A DNA stretch of 64,000 bases from an uncultured Candidatus Rokubacteria bacterium (GCA_963747235.1 CAVVEU010000033.1:223282-287281), one strand, 5' to 3'. Shown: positions 1-10,926, counted from the stretch's first letter. Notes: generated from the letters alone by a model not told the origin. Numbers and translations: made by a program.

Positions 1-164
1 TCCGGGTCATGAAGCGCCAGATCTGGGAGGCGCAGTTCCAGAGCCTCGCGGAGGCCACCGCGGTGGGCGACGAGGAGATGCGGAAGAGCTTCACCACGGA
101 GGACTTCAAGGAGGGCGTGGCCCACTTCGTGGAGAAGCGCGCGCCCCGCTTCACCGGGCGCTAG
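1..164 (+). CDS. 3' end of enoyl-CoA hydratase/crotonase-family gene (partial)
   Basis: C-terminal peptide ...EDFKEGVAHFVEKRAPRFTGR* matches the conserved crotonase C-terminus; stop TAG at 162-164. Confidence 0.55.
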   Translation, partial: RVMKRQIWEAQFQSLAEATAVGDEEMRKSFTTEDFKEGVAHFVEKRAPRFTGR

Positions 165-167
165 CCG

Positions 168-710
168 ATGGCCCGCCTCGAGATCCTGCCGCCGGAGGCG
201 ATCGCCGATCCCGAGCTCCGCCGCATGGCGGAGGCCTCCGGCGACGAGATGTACGGCGTCTACGGCCACTGCCCCGAGCTCTTCGCGGCCTTCCTGCGCT
301 TCTACCGGCCCACGAAGTACGGCGGCCGGCTGCCCTTCGCGCTGAAGGAGCTGGTGCGGCTCCGGATCGCCGCGCTCAACGAATGCGCGCGCTGAGCGAC
401 CGCGCGCGAGCCCTCGGAGAGGGCGCCGGGACTGTACCTGGAGCTGCTGCCGAAGCTCAGCGGGGAGACGGAGCCGACCGAGCGCGAGCGGGCCGCGCTG
501 GATTTCGCTCAGAAGCTCGCGGCGAATCACACCACGATCGACGATGCGTTCATGACCGGGATGCGCAGCCACTTCACCGACGCCGAGCTGGTGGAGCTGG
601 GGCTGATCACCGGCGCCTTCATCATGCTCGGGCGGCTTCACCGGACCTTCGGCGTGGCGCCGATGGGTCCCCGCAGCCACGCGGTCCTCGAACGGGGGTA
701 CGACGCATGA
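168..710 (+). CDS. carboxymuconolactone decarboxylase (CMD/AhpD-like) family protein, apparent frameshift near 395-420
   Basis: N-terminal part (168-395) ends ...LRIAALNECAR* where family members continue C..C; the C-terminal half continues in another frame (..LYLELLPKLSGETEPTERERAALDFAQKL..ELGLITGAFIMLGRL..) to TGA 708-710. Confidence 0.6.
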
Positions 711-1759
711 CGTCCATCCGGAGATCTCTCCTCGCGGCTCTCGCCGTCCTGCTCGCGCTCGGCCCTGGGAACGGCCGGCCCCGCCGTCGCCTTCGACGGC
801 GAGAAGGCGCTCCACGAGGCGGCCAAGAAGGAGAAGGAGTTCACCTGGTACACCGCGCACTACAACTCGGAGACCGCGGCCGCCCTCTGCCAGGGCTTCG
901 AGAAGAAGTACCCCGGCGTGAAGTGCAACTACATCCGCACCACCGCCCAGGTCGCCTACCAGCGGCTGGCCCAGGACCAGAAGGCGGGCATCGCCCAGGC
1001 CTCGGTGATCAGCTCCACCGACCAGAGCCACTACACCAAGATGAAGCAGGACGGGTGGCTCCAGCCCTACAAGCCCAAGAACCTGCCCGAGCTGGTGGAC
1101 GCCTTCCGCTCCTTCAACGATCCGGACGACCTCTTCATCGCCACCGCGGCCGGCCTGGTGCTGATCACCTACAACACCAGCGTGGTCTCGGCCTCGGAGG
1201 CGCCCGAAGAAGTGGACCGACCTCGCCGATCCCAAGTGGAAGAACAAGGTCTCGATCGGCCATCCCGGCTTCAGCGGCTACGTGGGCACCTGGGTGGTCC
1301 AGATGAAGAAGCTCTACGGCTGGGACTACTTCAAGAAGCTCGAGCTGAACAAGCCGCGCATCGGCCGCTCGATCAACGACACCGTGACCATGCTGAACGC
1401 GAAGGAGTCCATCGTGGCCGCGGGGCCGTCGGCCACCACGCTCGAGAGCAAGGCCAAGGGCAACCCGCTCGCGGTCGTCTACCCGGAGGACGGCGCGATC
1501 CTGATGGTCTCCGCCTCCGGCATCCTCAAGAACGCGCCGGCGCCCAACGCGGGCAAGCTCTTCATGGAGTACCTGCTGAGCCGCGAGGGCAACGAGGTGA
1601 TGGTGCAGCAGCACCAGGACCCGGTGAACAAGCACGTGAAGCCGATGGCGGGAGGCAAGTCGATCGCGGAGGTCAAGACCATCCGGCCGACTCCCGATCG
1701 AGATCGAGAAGGGCATCCCCGAGGTCAAGGAGCTCTTCCGCGAGACCTTTGGCATCTGA
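707..1759 (+). CDS. ABC transporter periplasmic substrate-binding protein (SBP family 1, Fe3+/thiamine type), three apparent frameshifts
   Basis: Signal peptide MTSIRRSLLAALAVLLALG; homologous segments lie in three frames (AFDGEKALHEAAKKEKEFTWYTAHYNSE.. / ..KKWTDLADPKWKNKVSIGHPGFSGYVGTWVV..GNPLAVVYPEDGAILMVSASGI.. / ..IEIEKGIPEVKELFRETFGI*); ATG 707 overlaps the stop of the upstream gene. Confidence 0.7.
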
Positions 1760-3436
1760 CCGGTCCTTCGACAGGTCGCTCGTCGTCTGGCTGCTGCTGA
1801 TCGCGCTGCTGCTGCTGCTCGTGGTCAACCCGCTCGCCCGTCTGCTGTGGGCGAGCTTCGAGCACCCGGAGACCGGCGCCTTCACGCTCGAGAACTACGC
1901 GGCGGCCTACGGGCGCTGGCGGTACATCGAGGCGCTCATCAATTCGCTCGTGGTCGGCCTCGCGGTGGCGGTGGTCTGTACCGTCTTCGGGGTGCCGATG
2001 GCGTGGGCGGTGTCGCGCACCGACATGCCCGGCAAGGGCCTGGTGTGGGCCGCGGTGCTCGGCACGTTCATCATGCCGAACTACCTGGGCGCGGTGGCCT
2101 GGATCCTGATGGCCGGGCCCAACGCGGGCTGGCTCAACCGCATCTTCACCGGCCTCACCGGCGCGTCCGCCGGCCCCTTCAACGTCTACAGCATGTCCGG
2201 GCTGGTCCTGGTCATCGCCTGCTACTCGTTCCCGTACATGTTCGTGTTCACCCGCTCCGCGCTGGACCTGATCTCCTCCGAGATGGAGGACGCGGCCAGC
2301 ACCCTCGGCGCGGGCGCGCTGCGCACGACGCTCCGGGTGACCCTGCCGCTGGCCCTGCCCGCCATCATGGGCGCGTTCATCGTGGTGTTCCTCGAGGCCA
2401 TCGCGCTCTTCGGCGCCCCCGCGCTGATCGCGCTGCCCGCGCGCTTCCAGGTCATGACCACCACGCTGTGGCAGATGTTCGAGTTCCCGCCCCGCGTGCA
2501 GGTCGCCGCCGCCTACGCGATGCCGCTGCTGCTGATCACCGTGTTCCTGTTCTGGCTGCAGTACCGGATCATCGCCCGCAAGGGCTTCGTGGCGCTGACC
2601 GGCAAGGGCGGCGAGCGGCGCATGGTGCGCCTCGGCCCCTGGCGCTGGCCCCTGCTCGCCTACTGCCTCTTCGTCACCTCGCTCTCGTTCTTCATGCCCA
2701 TGCTGGTGGTGCTGCAGGCCGCCTTCGCGCGGGCCTGGGGCCGCGGGTTCTCGTGGGACAACGTCACGCTGCGCAACCTGCGCTTCGTGCTCTTCGACCA
2801 GACCGCCACCCGCGCGGCCACCGTGAACACCTTCGTCTACGCGGGAGCCGCCTCGATCATCGCGCTCGGGCTGGCCCTGGCCATCGCCTACATCGTGGCC
2901 CGGCGCCTGGTGCCGTTCGGCCGCGTGCTGACCTACGTGGCGATGGCGCCCTTCGTGATTCCGGGCATCGTGCTCGCGATCGGCTTCTACGCGGCCTACA
3001 CCACGAAGCCGCTGCTGCTCTACGGCACCGCGTGGATCCTGATCCTGGCCTTCGCCACCCGCTTCCTGCCGATCGCGTACTCCAACAGCGACGCGGCGCT
3101 CCGCAGCATCAACCCGGAGCTGGAGGACGCCGCGCGCATCCTGGGCGCGAGCCGGCTCCTGGCCCTGCGCCGCGTGGTGGCCCCGCTGCTGCGGCGCGGG
3201 CTCGCGGGGGCCTTCATCCTGGTCTTCATCCCGGCCACCCGCGAGCTCTCCTCCGCGATCTTCCTCTACACCACCGGCACCCAGGTGCTCTCGGTGCTGC
3301 TCTTCGACAAGAGCGACGAGGGCAACTTCGAGATCCTCTCCTCGATGGGCCTGATCCTGGTCGTGGTCACGGTGGCGCTCGTGCTGGTGGGCTTCCGCCT
3401 GGTCGGCCGCGACTTCCTGCTGCGGACGGACCGCCA
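1749..3436 (+). CDS. ABC transporter permease, double-domain (FbpB/ThiP-like)
   Basis: About 560 aa with two repeated six-TM permease halves, each with an EAA-like loop (..DAASTLGAGALRTTLRVTLPLALPA.. and ..DAARILGASRLLALRRVVAPLL..); TTG start at 1749 overlaps the SBP stop; there is no stop before the ATPase gene, so the 3' end is approximate. Confidence 0.75.
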
Positions 3437-4513
3437 CGTGAGCCGTCTCGTCCTCACCGACGTGAGCCGCCGCTTCGGCAGCGTGACCGCGGTGGACCGC
3501 TTCAGCCTGACGCTCCCCCCCGGCGAGTTCGTCTCGCTCCTCGGGCCGTCGGGCTGCGGGAAGACCACCACGCTGCGGATGATCGCGGGCTTCCTCGATC
3601 CGAGCGCGGGCACCATCGCGATGGACGGGCGCACCATCTCCTCGCCCGGCTCCACGCTGCCGCCCGAGAAGCGCAACATGTCCATGATCTTCCAGAGCTA
3701 CGCGATCTGGCCCAACATGACCGTCGCGGAGAACGTGGCGTTCGGGCTCGAGGTGCGGCGCCTGGGCCAAGGCCGAGATCTCGGCCAAGGTGGCCAAGAT
3801 CCTCGACGTGGTGCAGATGGGCCACCTGGGCGCGCGCTATCCGCAAGAGCTCTCGGGCGGCCAGCAGCAGCGCGTCGCGCTGGCCCGCGCCATCGTGGTG
3901 CAGCCGGCGGTGCTGCTGCTCGACGAGCCGCTGAGCAACCTCGACGCCAACCTGCGCGAGGAGATGCGCTACGAGATCCGCCGCCTGCACGACGAGTTCC
4001 ACATCACCACGGTGTACGTGACGCACGACCAGGCGGAGGCGATGGTGGCCTCGGACCGCATCGCGGTCATGAACCAGGGCCGGGTCGAGCAGGTGGACGC
4101 CCCGCGCGCCCTCTACGCGCGACCGCGCACGCGCTTCGTGGCCGGCTTCATCGGGCGCACCAACCTGCTGGACGGAGAGGTCCGCGGCGAGGAGGTCGTC
4201 TTCGACCGCTTCGCGATCGCGCGGCGCGCCTTCGCGGAGCCGGCCGCGCTCGCGGGCCGCGTGAGCTTCTCGCTGCGGCCGCAGTCCATCGTGCTGCACC
4301 GCCAGCCCCCGCCCGCGGACCGCGCGAGCGTCGTCCCGGGCCAGGTCACGCAGCGCGCCTACCTGGGCGAGCACTGGGACTACACGGTGCGCCCGGCGGA
4401 GCAGCGCGCTCGCGCTGCGGGTGACCGCGCGCCCGCACGAGATCTTCGAGGTGGACGAGAAGGTCTGGCTCGAGCTGGATCCGCGCCAGATGGCGGCCCT
4501 CGAGCCCGAGTGA
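3437..4513 (+). CDS. ABC transporter ATP-binding protein (FbpC/PotA-like with C-terminal TOBE domain), two apparent frameshifts
   Basis: Walker [10 protein letters not shown], signature [14 protein letters not shown], Walker [13 protein letters not shown]-loop VTHD; frame breaks near 3765 and 4400; true C-terminus ..[34 protein letters not shown] ends at TGA 4511-4513. Confidence 0.8.
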
Positions 4514-5061
4514 GGCTGATCCTCCTCAACAAGCCCTACGGCGTGCTGTGCCAGTTCACCGACACGGCGGGCCGGCCCACGCTCGCCCGCTACGTCTCGG
4601 TCTCCGGCGTCTACCCGGCCGGCCGCCTCGACCACGACAGCGAGGGGCTGGTGCTGCTCACCGACGACGGCGCGCTCCAGGCGCGCCTGGCCGAGCCGCG
4701 GCACGGCGTCGAGAAGACCTACTGGGCGCAGGTGGAGGGCGTGCCCGCGGAGGCCGCGATCGAGAAGCTTCGCGCCGGCGTGGTCCTGAAGGACGGGCGC
4801 ACGCGGCCGGCGCGCGCGCGGCTCATCGACGCGCCGCCCCGGCTCTGGCCGCGCGATCCGCCGATCCGGTACCGCGCGGCGATTCCCACGTCGTGGATCG
4901 AGATCGGGATCCGCGAGGGCCGCAACCGGCAGGTGCGGCGCATGACCGCGGCGGTGGGGCATCCGACGCTGCGGCTGATCCGCGTGTCGATCGGGCCGTA
5001 TGCGCTGGGCACGCTGCCGCCGGGGCAGTGGCGGGCGGAGGAGCCGGTGCGGCTGCGGTAA
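4510..5061 (+). CDS. rluE: 23S rRNA pseudouridine synthase, RluE-like
   Basis: [41 protein letters not shown] motifs of the RsuA/RluE family; GTG start overlaps the upstream stop. Confidence 0.7.
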   Translation: MRLILLNKPYGVLCQFTDTAGRPTLARYVSVSGVYPAGRLDHDSEGLVLLTDDGALQARLAEPRHGVEKTYWAQVEGVPAEAAIEKLRAGVVLKDGRTRPARARLIDAPPRLWPRDPPIRYRAAIPTSWIEIGIREGRNRQVRRMTAAVGHPTLRLIRVSIGPYALGTLPPGQWRAEEPVRLR

Positions 5062-5067
5062 GGACCG

Positions 5068-5150
5068 CCCCTCACCCTGCCCTCTCCCCTGAGGGGAGAG
5101 GGGGAGTTCGACCCCCTCTCCCTTCCAGGGAGAGGGTTGGGGTGAGGGTG
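5068..5150. repeat. dispersed palindromic repeat, copy A (inverted tandem pair)
   Basis: CTCACCCTGCCCTCTCCCCTGAGGGGAGAGGG followed by an inverted second unit (..CCCTCTCCCTTCCAGGGAGAGGGTTGGGGTGAGGG); a 10-bp stem and 3-nt loop hairpin core; intergenic between rluE and the SDR gene. Confidence 0.85.
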
Positions 5151-5153
5151 CGC

Positions 5154-5930
5154 CTAGAAGATGGCGTAGCCGCCGTCGATGACGAAGGTGTCGCCGGTGT
5201 GGTAGCTGCTCGCGTCGCTGGCCAGGTAGACCGCGATGCCGCCGAAGTCGCCGCCGGTGCCCCAGCGCCGCACGGGCACCCGCGGGAGCACGCGCGTCTG
5301 GAAGACCTCGCCGTGGACGGCCTTCTCGGTCATCGGCGTGTCGATCCAGCCGGGCACGATGGCGTTGACGCGGATCTTGTGGCGCGCGAGCCCGACCGAG
5401 AGCGCGCGCATGACCGAGAGCATCGCGCCCTTGCTGGCCGCGTAGTGGGCGCTGAGCGGCGAGCCCTCGAGCGCGGCGAGGCTCGCGGTGACCGCCAGCG
5501 AGCCGCCCGCCCCGCGCGCGGTCATGTGCCGGGCCGCCGCGCGCAGGGTGAAGAAGGCGCCGTCGAGATTCACCGCGAGCACCCGGTGCCACTCCTGGGT
5601 GGTCATCTCCGCGAAGCTCGTGGCGCCGCCGCGGCCGGACACGCCCGCGTTGACGAAGCAGGCGTCCACCCCGCCGAGGGTGGACACGGTCTCCTTGAAG
5701 GCGTGCTCCACGGCAGCCTCGTCGCTCACGTCGCAGCGGAGCGCCAGAGCCTTCGCCCCGATCGCGTGCAGGCGCGCGAGCGCGTGCACGTTCTTGTCCT
5801 CGTTGGTGCCCCAGATGCAGACCGCGGCGCCGGCGTGCGCCATCGCCTCCGCCATTCCGAGGCCGATGCCGCTGTTGCCGCCGGTGACGATCGCGGTCTT
5901 ACCGGTGAGATCGAAGGCCTTGTACGCCAT
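5154..5930 (-). CDS. SDR-family oxidoreductase (short-chain dehydrogenase/reductase)
   Basis: TGGNSGIGLG Rossmann motif, YAASKGAM catalytic Y-x3-K, 258 aa uninterrupted ORF. Confidence 0.9.
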   Translation of the reverse strand: MAYKAFDLTGKTAIVTGGNSGIGLGMAEAMAHAGAAVCIWGTNEDKNVHALARLHAIGAKALALRCDVSDEAAVEHAFKETVSTLGGVDACFVNAGVSGRGGATSFAEMTTQEWHRVLAVNLDGAFFTLRAAARHMTARGAGGSLAVTASLAALEGSPLSAHYAASKGAMLSVMRALSVGLARHKIRVNAIVPGWIDTPMTEKAVHGEVFQTRVLPRVPVRRWGTGGDFGGIAVYLASDASSYHTGDTFVIDGGYAIF

Positions 5931-5945
5931 GAGACGGCTCTCCTC

Positions 5946-7493
5946 CTACGGCCGCATGCGATGGGTGGACGGACCCACTTCGCGCAGCGGCGCGGCCAGC
6001 TCCGCGAACTCGCAGAGCAGCGGGCGCGTGGCGCGCGGGTCGATGATCTCCTCGATCCAGAAGGCCTCCGCCGAGCGGAAGGGCGAGCGAAGCTTCTGCA
6101 GCCGCTCCTCGATCTCGATCATCTTCGCGGCCGGATCGGCGGCGGCCTGGATGTCGGCGCGGTAGGCGGCCTCGATGCCGCCCTCGAGCGGCAGCGAGCC
6201 CCAGCGCCCCGACGGCCACGCGTAGCGCGGGCCGTAGCGCGCCCCCGGCTTGTGGGCCGCGCCGGCCACCCCGAACACGTTCCGGATGATGACCGCGCAC
6301 CACGGAATGGTCGACTGCCAGATCGCGGACATCGCGCGCACGCCCTGCTTGATGGTGCCGGTCTGCTCGGCCTCGAGCCCGATCAGGAAACCCGGGCAGT
6401 CCACCAGGTAGACCACCGGCAGGTGGAAGGTCTGCGCGAAGTCCACGAAGCGCTCCACCTTCTGGCAGGTGTCGGCGGTCCAGGCGCCGCCGTAGAAGTA
6501 GGGATCGCTGGCCAGCACCGCCACCGGCCAGCCGTCGAGCCGGGCGAGGCCGGTGATGATGGCGCGCCCGTAGAGCGGCTGGATCTCGAAGAACGACCCG
6601 CGGTCCACCACCGCCTCCACGATCGCGCGCATCTTGTAGGGCTTGCGGATGTCGCGCGGCACCGCGTCCGAGAGCCACTCCTCACGGCGCTCCCGGTCGT
6701 CGGTCTGCGGGCCGCGCGGCGGCAGCTCGTAGATGGACGAGGGCAGATACGAGAGGAAGCGCCGCGCCACCGCGAAGGCCTCCTCTTCCGTGTCCACCGC
6801 CTGGTCCACCGCGCCCGCCTTGAGCTGGATCTGCCAGCCGCCGAGCTCGTTCTTGGTGAGCTTCTGGCCGAGCCGCGCGACGACGGGCGGGCCGGCCACG
6901 AAGAGCGCCGACTTGTCCTTCACCATCACCGAGAGGTGCGCGGCCGCGAGATGCGCCGCGCCGAGGCCGGCGACCGAGCCCAGGCCCAGCGCCACGCGCG
7001 GCACGGTGCCGATGCTGTTGACGACCCACTCCCAGCCGGCGACGCCGGGCACGTTGGCGCGCCCGGTGGTCTCGATGGTCTTCACCGAGCCGCCGCCGCC
7101 CGAGCCCTCGACGATGCGGATCAGCGGCAGCCGCAGCTCGTTGGCCATCTGCTCGCACTGGTTGTGCTTGCCCTTGATCGTCGCGTCCGCCGAGCCGCCG
7201 CGCACCGTGAAGTCGTCCCCGCCCACCACCACCGGGCGGCCGTCGAGCCGCGCGCGGCCGAAGACGAAGTTCGACGGCGTCAGCTCCTTCAGATCGTTGT
7301 TGGCGTCGTAGGAGGCCTTCCCGGCGATCTTGCCGATCTCGTGGAAGCTCTGCGCGTCCACCAGGCGGTCGATGCGCTCGCGGATCGTGTAGCGCCCGCC
7401 GTCGTGCTGCCGCTTCACCCGCTCGGGGCCGCCGAGGCCCTCGGCGAACTCCTCGCGGCGCTTCAGGTCGTCCATCTCGGACTTCCAGTTCAT
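5946..7493 (-). CDS. acyl-CoA carboxylase carboxyltransferase beta subunit (propionyl-CoA/methylmalonyl-CoA carboxyltransferase family)
   Basis: 516 aa from MNWKSEMDDLKRREE..; family motifs across both CT domains (..GGSADATIKGKHNQCEQMA..; ..AIVEAVVDRGSFFEIQPLYG..); ATG at 7493. Confidence 0.9.
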   Translation of the reverse strand: MNWKSEMDDLKRREEFAEGLGGPERVKRQHDGGRYTIRERIDRLVDAQSFHEIGKIAGKASYDANNDLKELTPSNFVFGRARLDGRPVVVGGDDFTVRGGSADATIKGKHNQCEQMANELRLPLIRIVEGSGGGGSVKTIETTGRANVPGVAGWEWVVNSIGTVPRVALGLGSVAGLGAAHLAAAHLSVMVKDKSALFVAGPPVVARLGQKLTKNELGGWQIQLKAGAVDQAVDTEEEAFAVARRFLSYLPSSIYELPPRGPQTDDRERREEWLSDAVPRDIRKPYKMRAIVEAVVDRGSFFEIQPLYGRAIITGLARLDGWPVAVLASDPYFYGGAWTADTCQKVERFVDFAQTFHLPVVYLVDCPGFLIGLEAEQTGTIKQGVRAMSAIWQSTIPWCAVIIRNVFGVAGAAHKPGARYGPRYAWPSGRWGSLPLEGGIEAAYRADIQAAADPAAKMIEIEERLQKLRSPFRSAEAFWIEEIIDPRATRPLLCEFAELAAPLREVGPSTHRMRP

Positions 7494-7537
7494 GGGGAGA
7501 CCTCCGCGGGGATGGTAGCAGGGCGCGCGCGGGATGC

Positions 7538-7961
7538 CTAGGCGGGGCCGAACACGAGCGAGATGCGATTCCGGTCGTCCGCCCGCCGGTATTCCACGTG
7601 CCGGGCCATGGCGGAGACGAGGAGCACGCCGAGCCCACCCACCGGACGGTCCTGCACGTCCGCGTCCGGATCGGGGCTCACCACCGCCGCGAACGGGTCG
7701 TGCGGCGGGCCGGTGTCCTCGTAGACGAGCGTGATGCGGCCGGGCGCGACGCTCGCAGTCGAGCCGCACCGGCGCGTCGCTGTCCGCGCCGTGCCCGTGC
7801 ACGACCGTGTTGGTGAAGAGCTCCTCCACCAGGAGCGTGACCCGCAGGCACATCGCCCGGTCGAGCCCGGCCGCCGCGCACACCTCGGCGAGGAAGGCCT
7901 CGACCTGCGGCAGGGCGTCGCGGCGGGCGGGGAAGATCCGGAGGTATCGAAGGCCGCTCAC
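7538..7961 (-). CDS. anti-sigma regulatory factor (RsbW/SpoIIAB-like HATPase_c serine kinase), apparent frameshift near 7745
   Basis: N-terminal ..LPQVEAFLAEVCAAAGLDRAMCLRVTLLVEELFTNTVVHG.. then, after a 1-nt shift, ..GRITLVYEDTGPPHDPFAAV..PVGGLGVLLVSAMARHVEYRRADDRNRISLVFGPA*; about 141 aa; immediately upstream of the carboxyltransferase gene on the same strand. Confidence 0.7.
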
Positions 7962-8046
7962 TGAGCTATTGTAAGGGCCGCCGCGAGCGCGTCAACGCTC
8001 TGAGAGAGCCCTGGACCAACGCCGTCGTCGGGAGGAACACCGCGCC

Positions 8047-9069
8047 ATGCTTGATTCTCCTCGCTCATGCCTCTCGCGGCTCATCGCGCGGCTCGCGCTC
8101 GGCGCCTTGGTCTCGGTCGGCCTGGTCGCGGTACCGTGGCTGGCCGCCTCGCAGCCGGCCCAGAAGGTATTCCGGGTCGGTTACCTGTCGGCCACCGGTC
8201 GCACGCCCGACGGCGCGCCGCCCCGCCCCTTTCGCGAGACCTTGCGAGGGCTCGGCTATGTCGAGGGTCAGAACATCGTGTACGAGACGCGCTTTGCGGA
8301 GGCCAAGTTCGAACGGCTTCCGGAGATGGCGGCCGAGCTCGTGCGCCTCAAGGTCGACGTCCTCGTGACGCAGGGGGGATCGGCGACGGTGGCCGCGAAA
8401 CAGGCAACCTCGACCATTCCGATCGTCATGTCGCTGGCCTCCGGGGACGCGGTGGCTACCGGGATGATCGCGAGCCTCGCGCGCCCGGGCCAGAACGTCA
8501 CCGGGTTGACCGACGAATCCATCCAGCTCAGCGCCAAGCGCATGGAGATGCTCAAGGAAGCGGTCCCGAAGGCGGCACGGATCGCCGTCCTCTGGAACGC
8601 CAACGATCAGGGGATGACGCTGCGCTACCGCGAGATCGAGAAGGCGGCGCGGCTCCTCCAGGTGGAGGTGCAGGCGCTCGGCGTGCGCGAGCCGGATGAT
8701 TTCGACGGGGCGTTCTCCACGATGGCGCGACAACGGCCGGACGCCATGTTCCTGGTGGCGGATGCGCTCACGAACCTGAACCGCAAACGCTTCATCGACT
8801 TTGCCTCGGCGCAGCGCATTCCCGCCATGTACGAAACCTACCTCCTCGTCCGGGATGGCGGGCTGATGTCGTACGGGCCCAACTTCGAGGACAGCTTCCG
8901 TCAGGCCGCACTCTACGTCGATCGCATCCTCAAGGGCGCGAAACCCGCGGACCTCCCGGCGCAGCAGCCGACGACCTACATCCTCGCGGTCAACCTCAAG
9001 ACGGCGGCGACGCTGGGCTTGACCTTGCCGCCCTCGCTGCTCCTTCGCGCCGACGAAGTGATCCAGTAG
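8047..9069 (+). CDS. ABC-transporter substrate-binding protein (COG2984/ABC_sub_bind family)
   Basis: 340 aa, signal peptide, family-typical periplasmic-binding-protein-like motifs; intact. Confidence 0.8.
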   Translation: MLDSPRSCLSRLIARLALGALVSVGLVAVPWLAASQPAQKVFRVGYLSATGRTPDGAPPRPFRETLRGLGYVEGQNIVYETRFAEAKFERLPEMAAELVRLKVDVLVTQGGSATVAAKQATSTIPIVMSLASGDAVATGMIASLARPGQNVTGLTDESIQLSAKRMEMLKEAVPKAARIAVLWNANDQGMTLRYREIEKAARLLQVEVQALGVREPDDFDGAFSTMARQRPDAMFLVADALTNLNRKRFIDFASAQRIPAMYETYLLVRDGGLMSYGPNFEDSFRQAALYVDRILKGAKPADLPAQQPTTYILAVNLKTAATLGLTLPPSLLLRADEVIQ

Positions 9070-9136
9070 GCCGAGCCGTCACCCGCGCGGCTTGCTGGAG
9101 AGGTCAGACAAGGCCGGGCGGGCGGAGGCCCGTCAC

Positions 9137-9635
9137 CTATCCCGCGTGAGCCCGCCTCAGCTCCGCGATGTCGATCTTCTTCATGCGCAGCATCGCGGTC
9201 ATGACTCGCTGGGACTTCGCCGGATCGGGGTCCATGAGCAGCTCGACCAGCACGCGGGGCACGATCTGCCAGGAGACGCCGTACCGGTCCTTGAGCCAGC
9301 CGCACTGCTGGGCGTTCGGGTCCCCGCCCTCGGACAGCGTCGTCCAGTAGTGGTCCACCTCGGCCTGGGTCTCGCAATTGACCTGGAGCGAGATGGCCTC
9401 GTTGAACTTGAAGAACGGGCCGCCGTTGAGCGCGGTGAACGTCTGCCCATCCAGCTCGAAGGCGACGGTCATCACCGATCCCGCCGGCCTCCCGTGGATC
9501 TCCTTCCCGGCTTCTCCGTACCGGGACACGGTCACGACCTTCGAGTTCTTGAAGATCGCGGTATAGAACGCGCACGGCCTCCTCGGCCTGATCGTCGAAC
9601 CACAGGCAGGGGGTGATCTTCTGAACGACCGGCAT
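9137..9635 (-). CDS. PhnB-like/VOC-family protein (3-demethylubiquinone-9 3-methyltransferase-like domain), apparent frameshift near 9570
   Basis: Starts MPVVQKITPCLWFDDQAEEAV (ATG 9635, RBS GGAGGA); continues in a second frame ..AIFKNSKVVTVSRYGEAGKE..MTVAFELDGQTFTALNGGP..QQCGWLKDRYGVSWQIVP.. Confidence 0.7.
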
Positions 9636-9717
9636 GGTATTCCTCCTCTGGGGTCATTTCGGCTGACACGCGCCGTCCTCACCAGCTAGTCGCTCGAGGA
9701 CCCCCGGGATCGACACC

Positions 9718-10004
9718 TCATGCTCGGCGCTGGACGTTCCGAAAGCGGGCCGCCCCCTTCGCGCGGGCCTTCGCCGCCTCCGCCTCGCGGTCGCGGGGAC
9801 GGCGCGTTCGTGACGAGCGCATCGAGCAGGACCCGGGCCGCCTGCGCCACCTCATCGACCGCTCGGGTGAACGCCGGCTCGTTGGCCCTGGATGGCCTCG
9901 AGAACCCACTCAGCTTCCGGACGAACTGCAGAGCACGACGCCCGGATCTCCTCCTCCGTGGCCGGCGGCTTGAAGTTGTACAGCGTCTTGATGCTTCGGC
10001 ACAT
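9718..10004 (-). CDS. DUF2277-family small protein, two apparent frameshifts
   Basis: MCRSIKTLYNFKPPATEEEIRAS.. / ..LQFVRKLSGFSRPSRANEPAFTRAVDEVAQAAR.. / ..PRDREAEAAKARAKGAARF.. match the DUF2277 consensus across three frames; ATG 10004 with RBS. Confidence 0.55.
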
Positions 10005-10023
10005 GCGAACACCTCCTTATCTG

Positions 10024-10389
10024 TCAGGTGCTGTATCGAGCATCGACGTATGCCCACGCACGTACTCCCGATCGAAGGACCACCGCCACGCGCTTGACCG
10101 CCGCGACCTCGTACCGGTCGGCATTCTGAATCTCATCTGGCGTGACCGCAAACACCGTCCCCGCGATGACGTCCGAGGCCCGTCCGGTGAACCTGGCCAT
10201 GGTGTGCTGCGCCGTTCCGCTGATCGCAATCACCGCCGGGTCCTCGATCTCCAGCGAGGCCAGCTCGAATCCTACCAAAGCATCGCCGGTACCCGCCAAT
10301 GGCCGACCGAACGTCGCCATCTGTACCGACTCGAGCTGGAGCGTGCCGTACGAGAAGAGGAGCTCAGGGTACGCCTCGTTCACCGCCAT
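10024..10389 (-). CDS. gamma-glutamyl cyclotransferase-like (GGCT/AIG2-like) protein
   Basis: LFSYGTLQ N-terminal motif of the GGCT fold; 121 aa. Confidence 0.55.
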   Translation of the reverse strand: MAVNEAYPELLFSYGTLQLESVQMATFGRPLAGTGDALVGFELASLEIEDPAVIAISGTAQHTMARFTGRASDVIAGTVFAVTPDEIQNADRYEVAAVKRVAVVLRSGVRAWAYVDARYST

Positions 10390-10545
10390 GGGATCTCCGT
10401 TGCCGTCGAGGTTACTTCAAGCGTGCGAGACCACCCTCTGCCGCAAGGATAATGCACCCGCGACCCTGTTCGCCATTTGCGTTGGTGGCGGGCTGCTTCG
10501 TTTGAAGATGGCGGTGGCCTCGCGCCGCCGCCTAGCCGTCCCAGC

Positions 10546-10926
10546 TCAGCCGTCGGCTGGAGCACGCGAGACGACCACGTCCATCGCTCGACGAAGACTA
10601 CGAGAGCCTCTTGGCACTCTCTCGAGCTCGGAGAAGACCGCCTCCCATTGCGGTGGATCGAGCCATTCATAGAGATGGCCGTCATCATCAACATCAATGG
10701 TGGGCGCTAGCGACCGGATGCGCGCCTGCCACGCGGCAAACGCCCGCCTCGACGCGACTGCCTCCAGATGGCTCCGCCACATCAGCCACAGGCCGAGTGC
10801 CATGGCTAGACCGAATAGCCAAAGGAACAGAGGACTCCATGGCCGAGGCCGCACAACGACAAACACGAGAAGGAGTAGCGCCCAGAGAAGATAGTGCGCG
10901 AATTGAGAACGCAGGAACCTAGTCAT
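10546..10926 (-). CDS. hypothetical membrane protein (two predicted TM helices)
   Basis: ORF in the lower-GC islet; hydrophobic segments YLLWALLLLVFVVV and LFLWLFGLAMALGLWLMW; no recognisable family. Confidence 0.4.
   Translation of the reverse strand: MTRFLRSQFAHYLLWALLLLVFVVVRPRPWSPLFLWLFGLAMALGLWLMWRSHLEAVASRRAFAAWQARIRSLAPTIDVDDDGHLYEWLDPPQWEAVFSELERVPRGSRSLRRAMDVVVSRAPADG

Noticed and set aside
1725-3797. 690-aa minus-strand ORF, plus similar long ORFs on the opposite strand or other frames of real genes (3502-5592, 4548-7541, 5899-6678, 6682-7638, 15563-17011, 17193-18600, 19668-21694, 23075-24679, 25066-27441, 27822-29888, 32528-33895, 33952-36174, 36329-37864, 37842-39803, 42375-44298, 45784-47385, 48030-49430, 52733-54575)
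   Set aside because: Their translations are Arg/Ala/Gly/Pro/His-rich low-complexity strings typical of stop-codon-poor antisense frames in 70% GC DNA, and each overlaps a gene with strong family-level homology on the other strand or frame.
5062-5160. Short ORFs translating as PLTLPSPLRGEG... at repeat copies (also at 14993, 45859, 51847 and 52776)
   Set aside because: They are translations of the palindromic repeat element, not independent genes; identical peptides recur wherever the repeat occurs.
7731-7964. Plus-strand 77-aa ORF
   Set aside because: Antisense to the RsbW-like kinase gene, whose two halves show clear HATPase_c homology.
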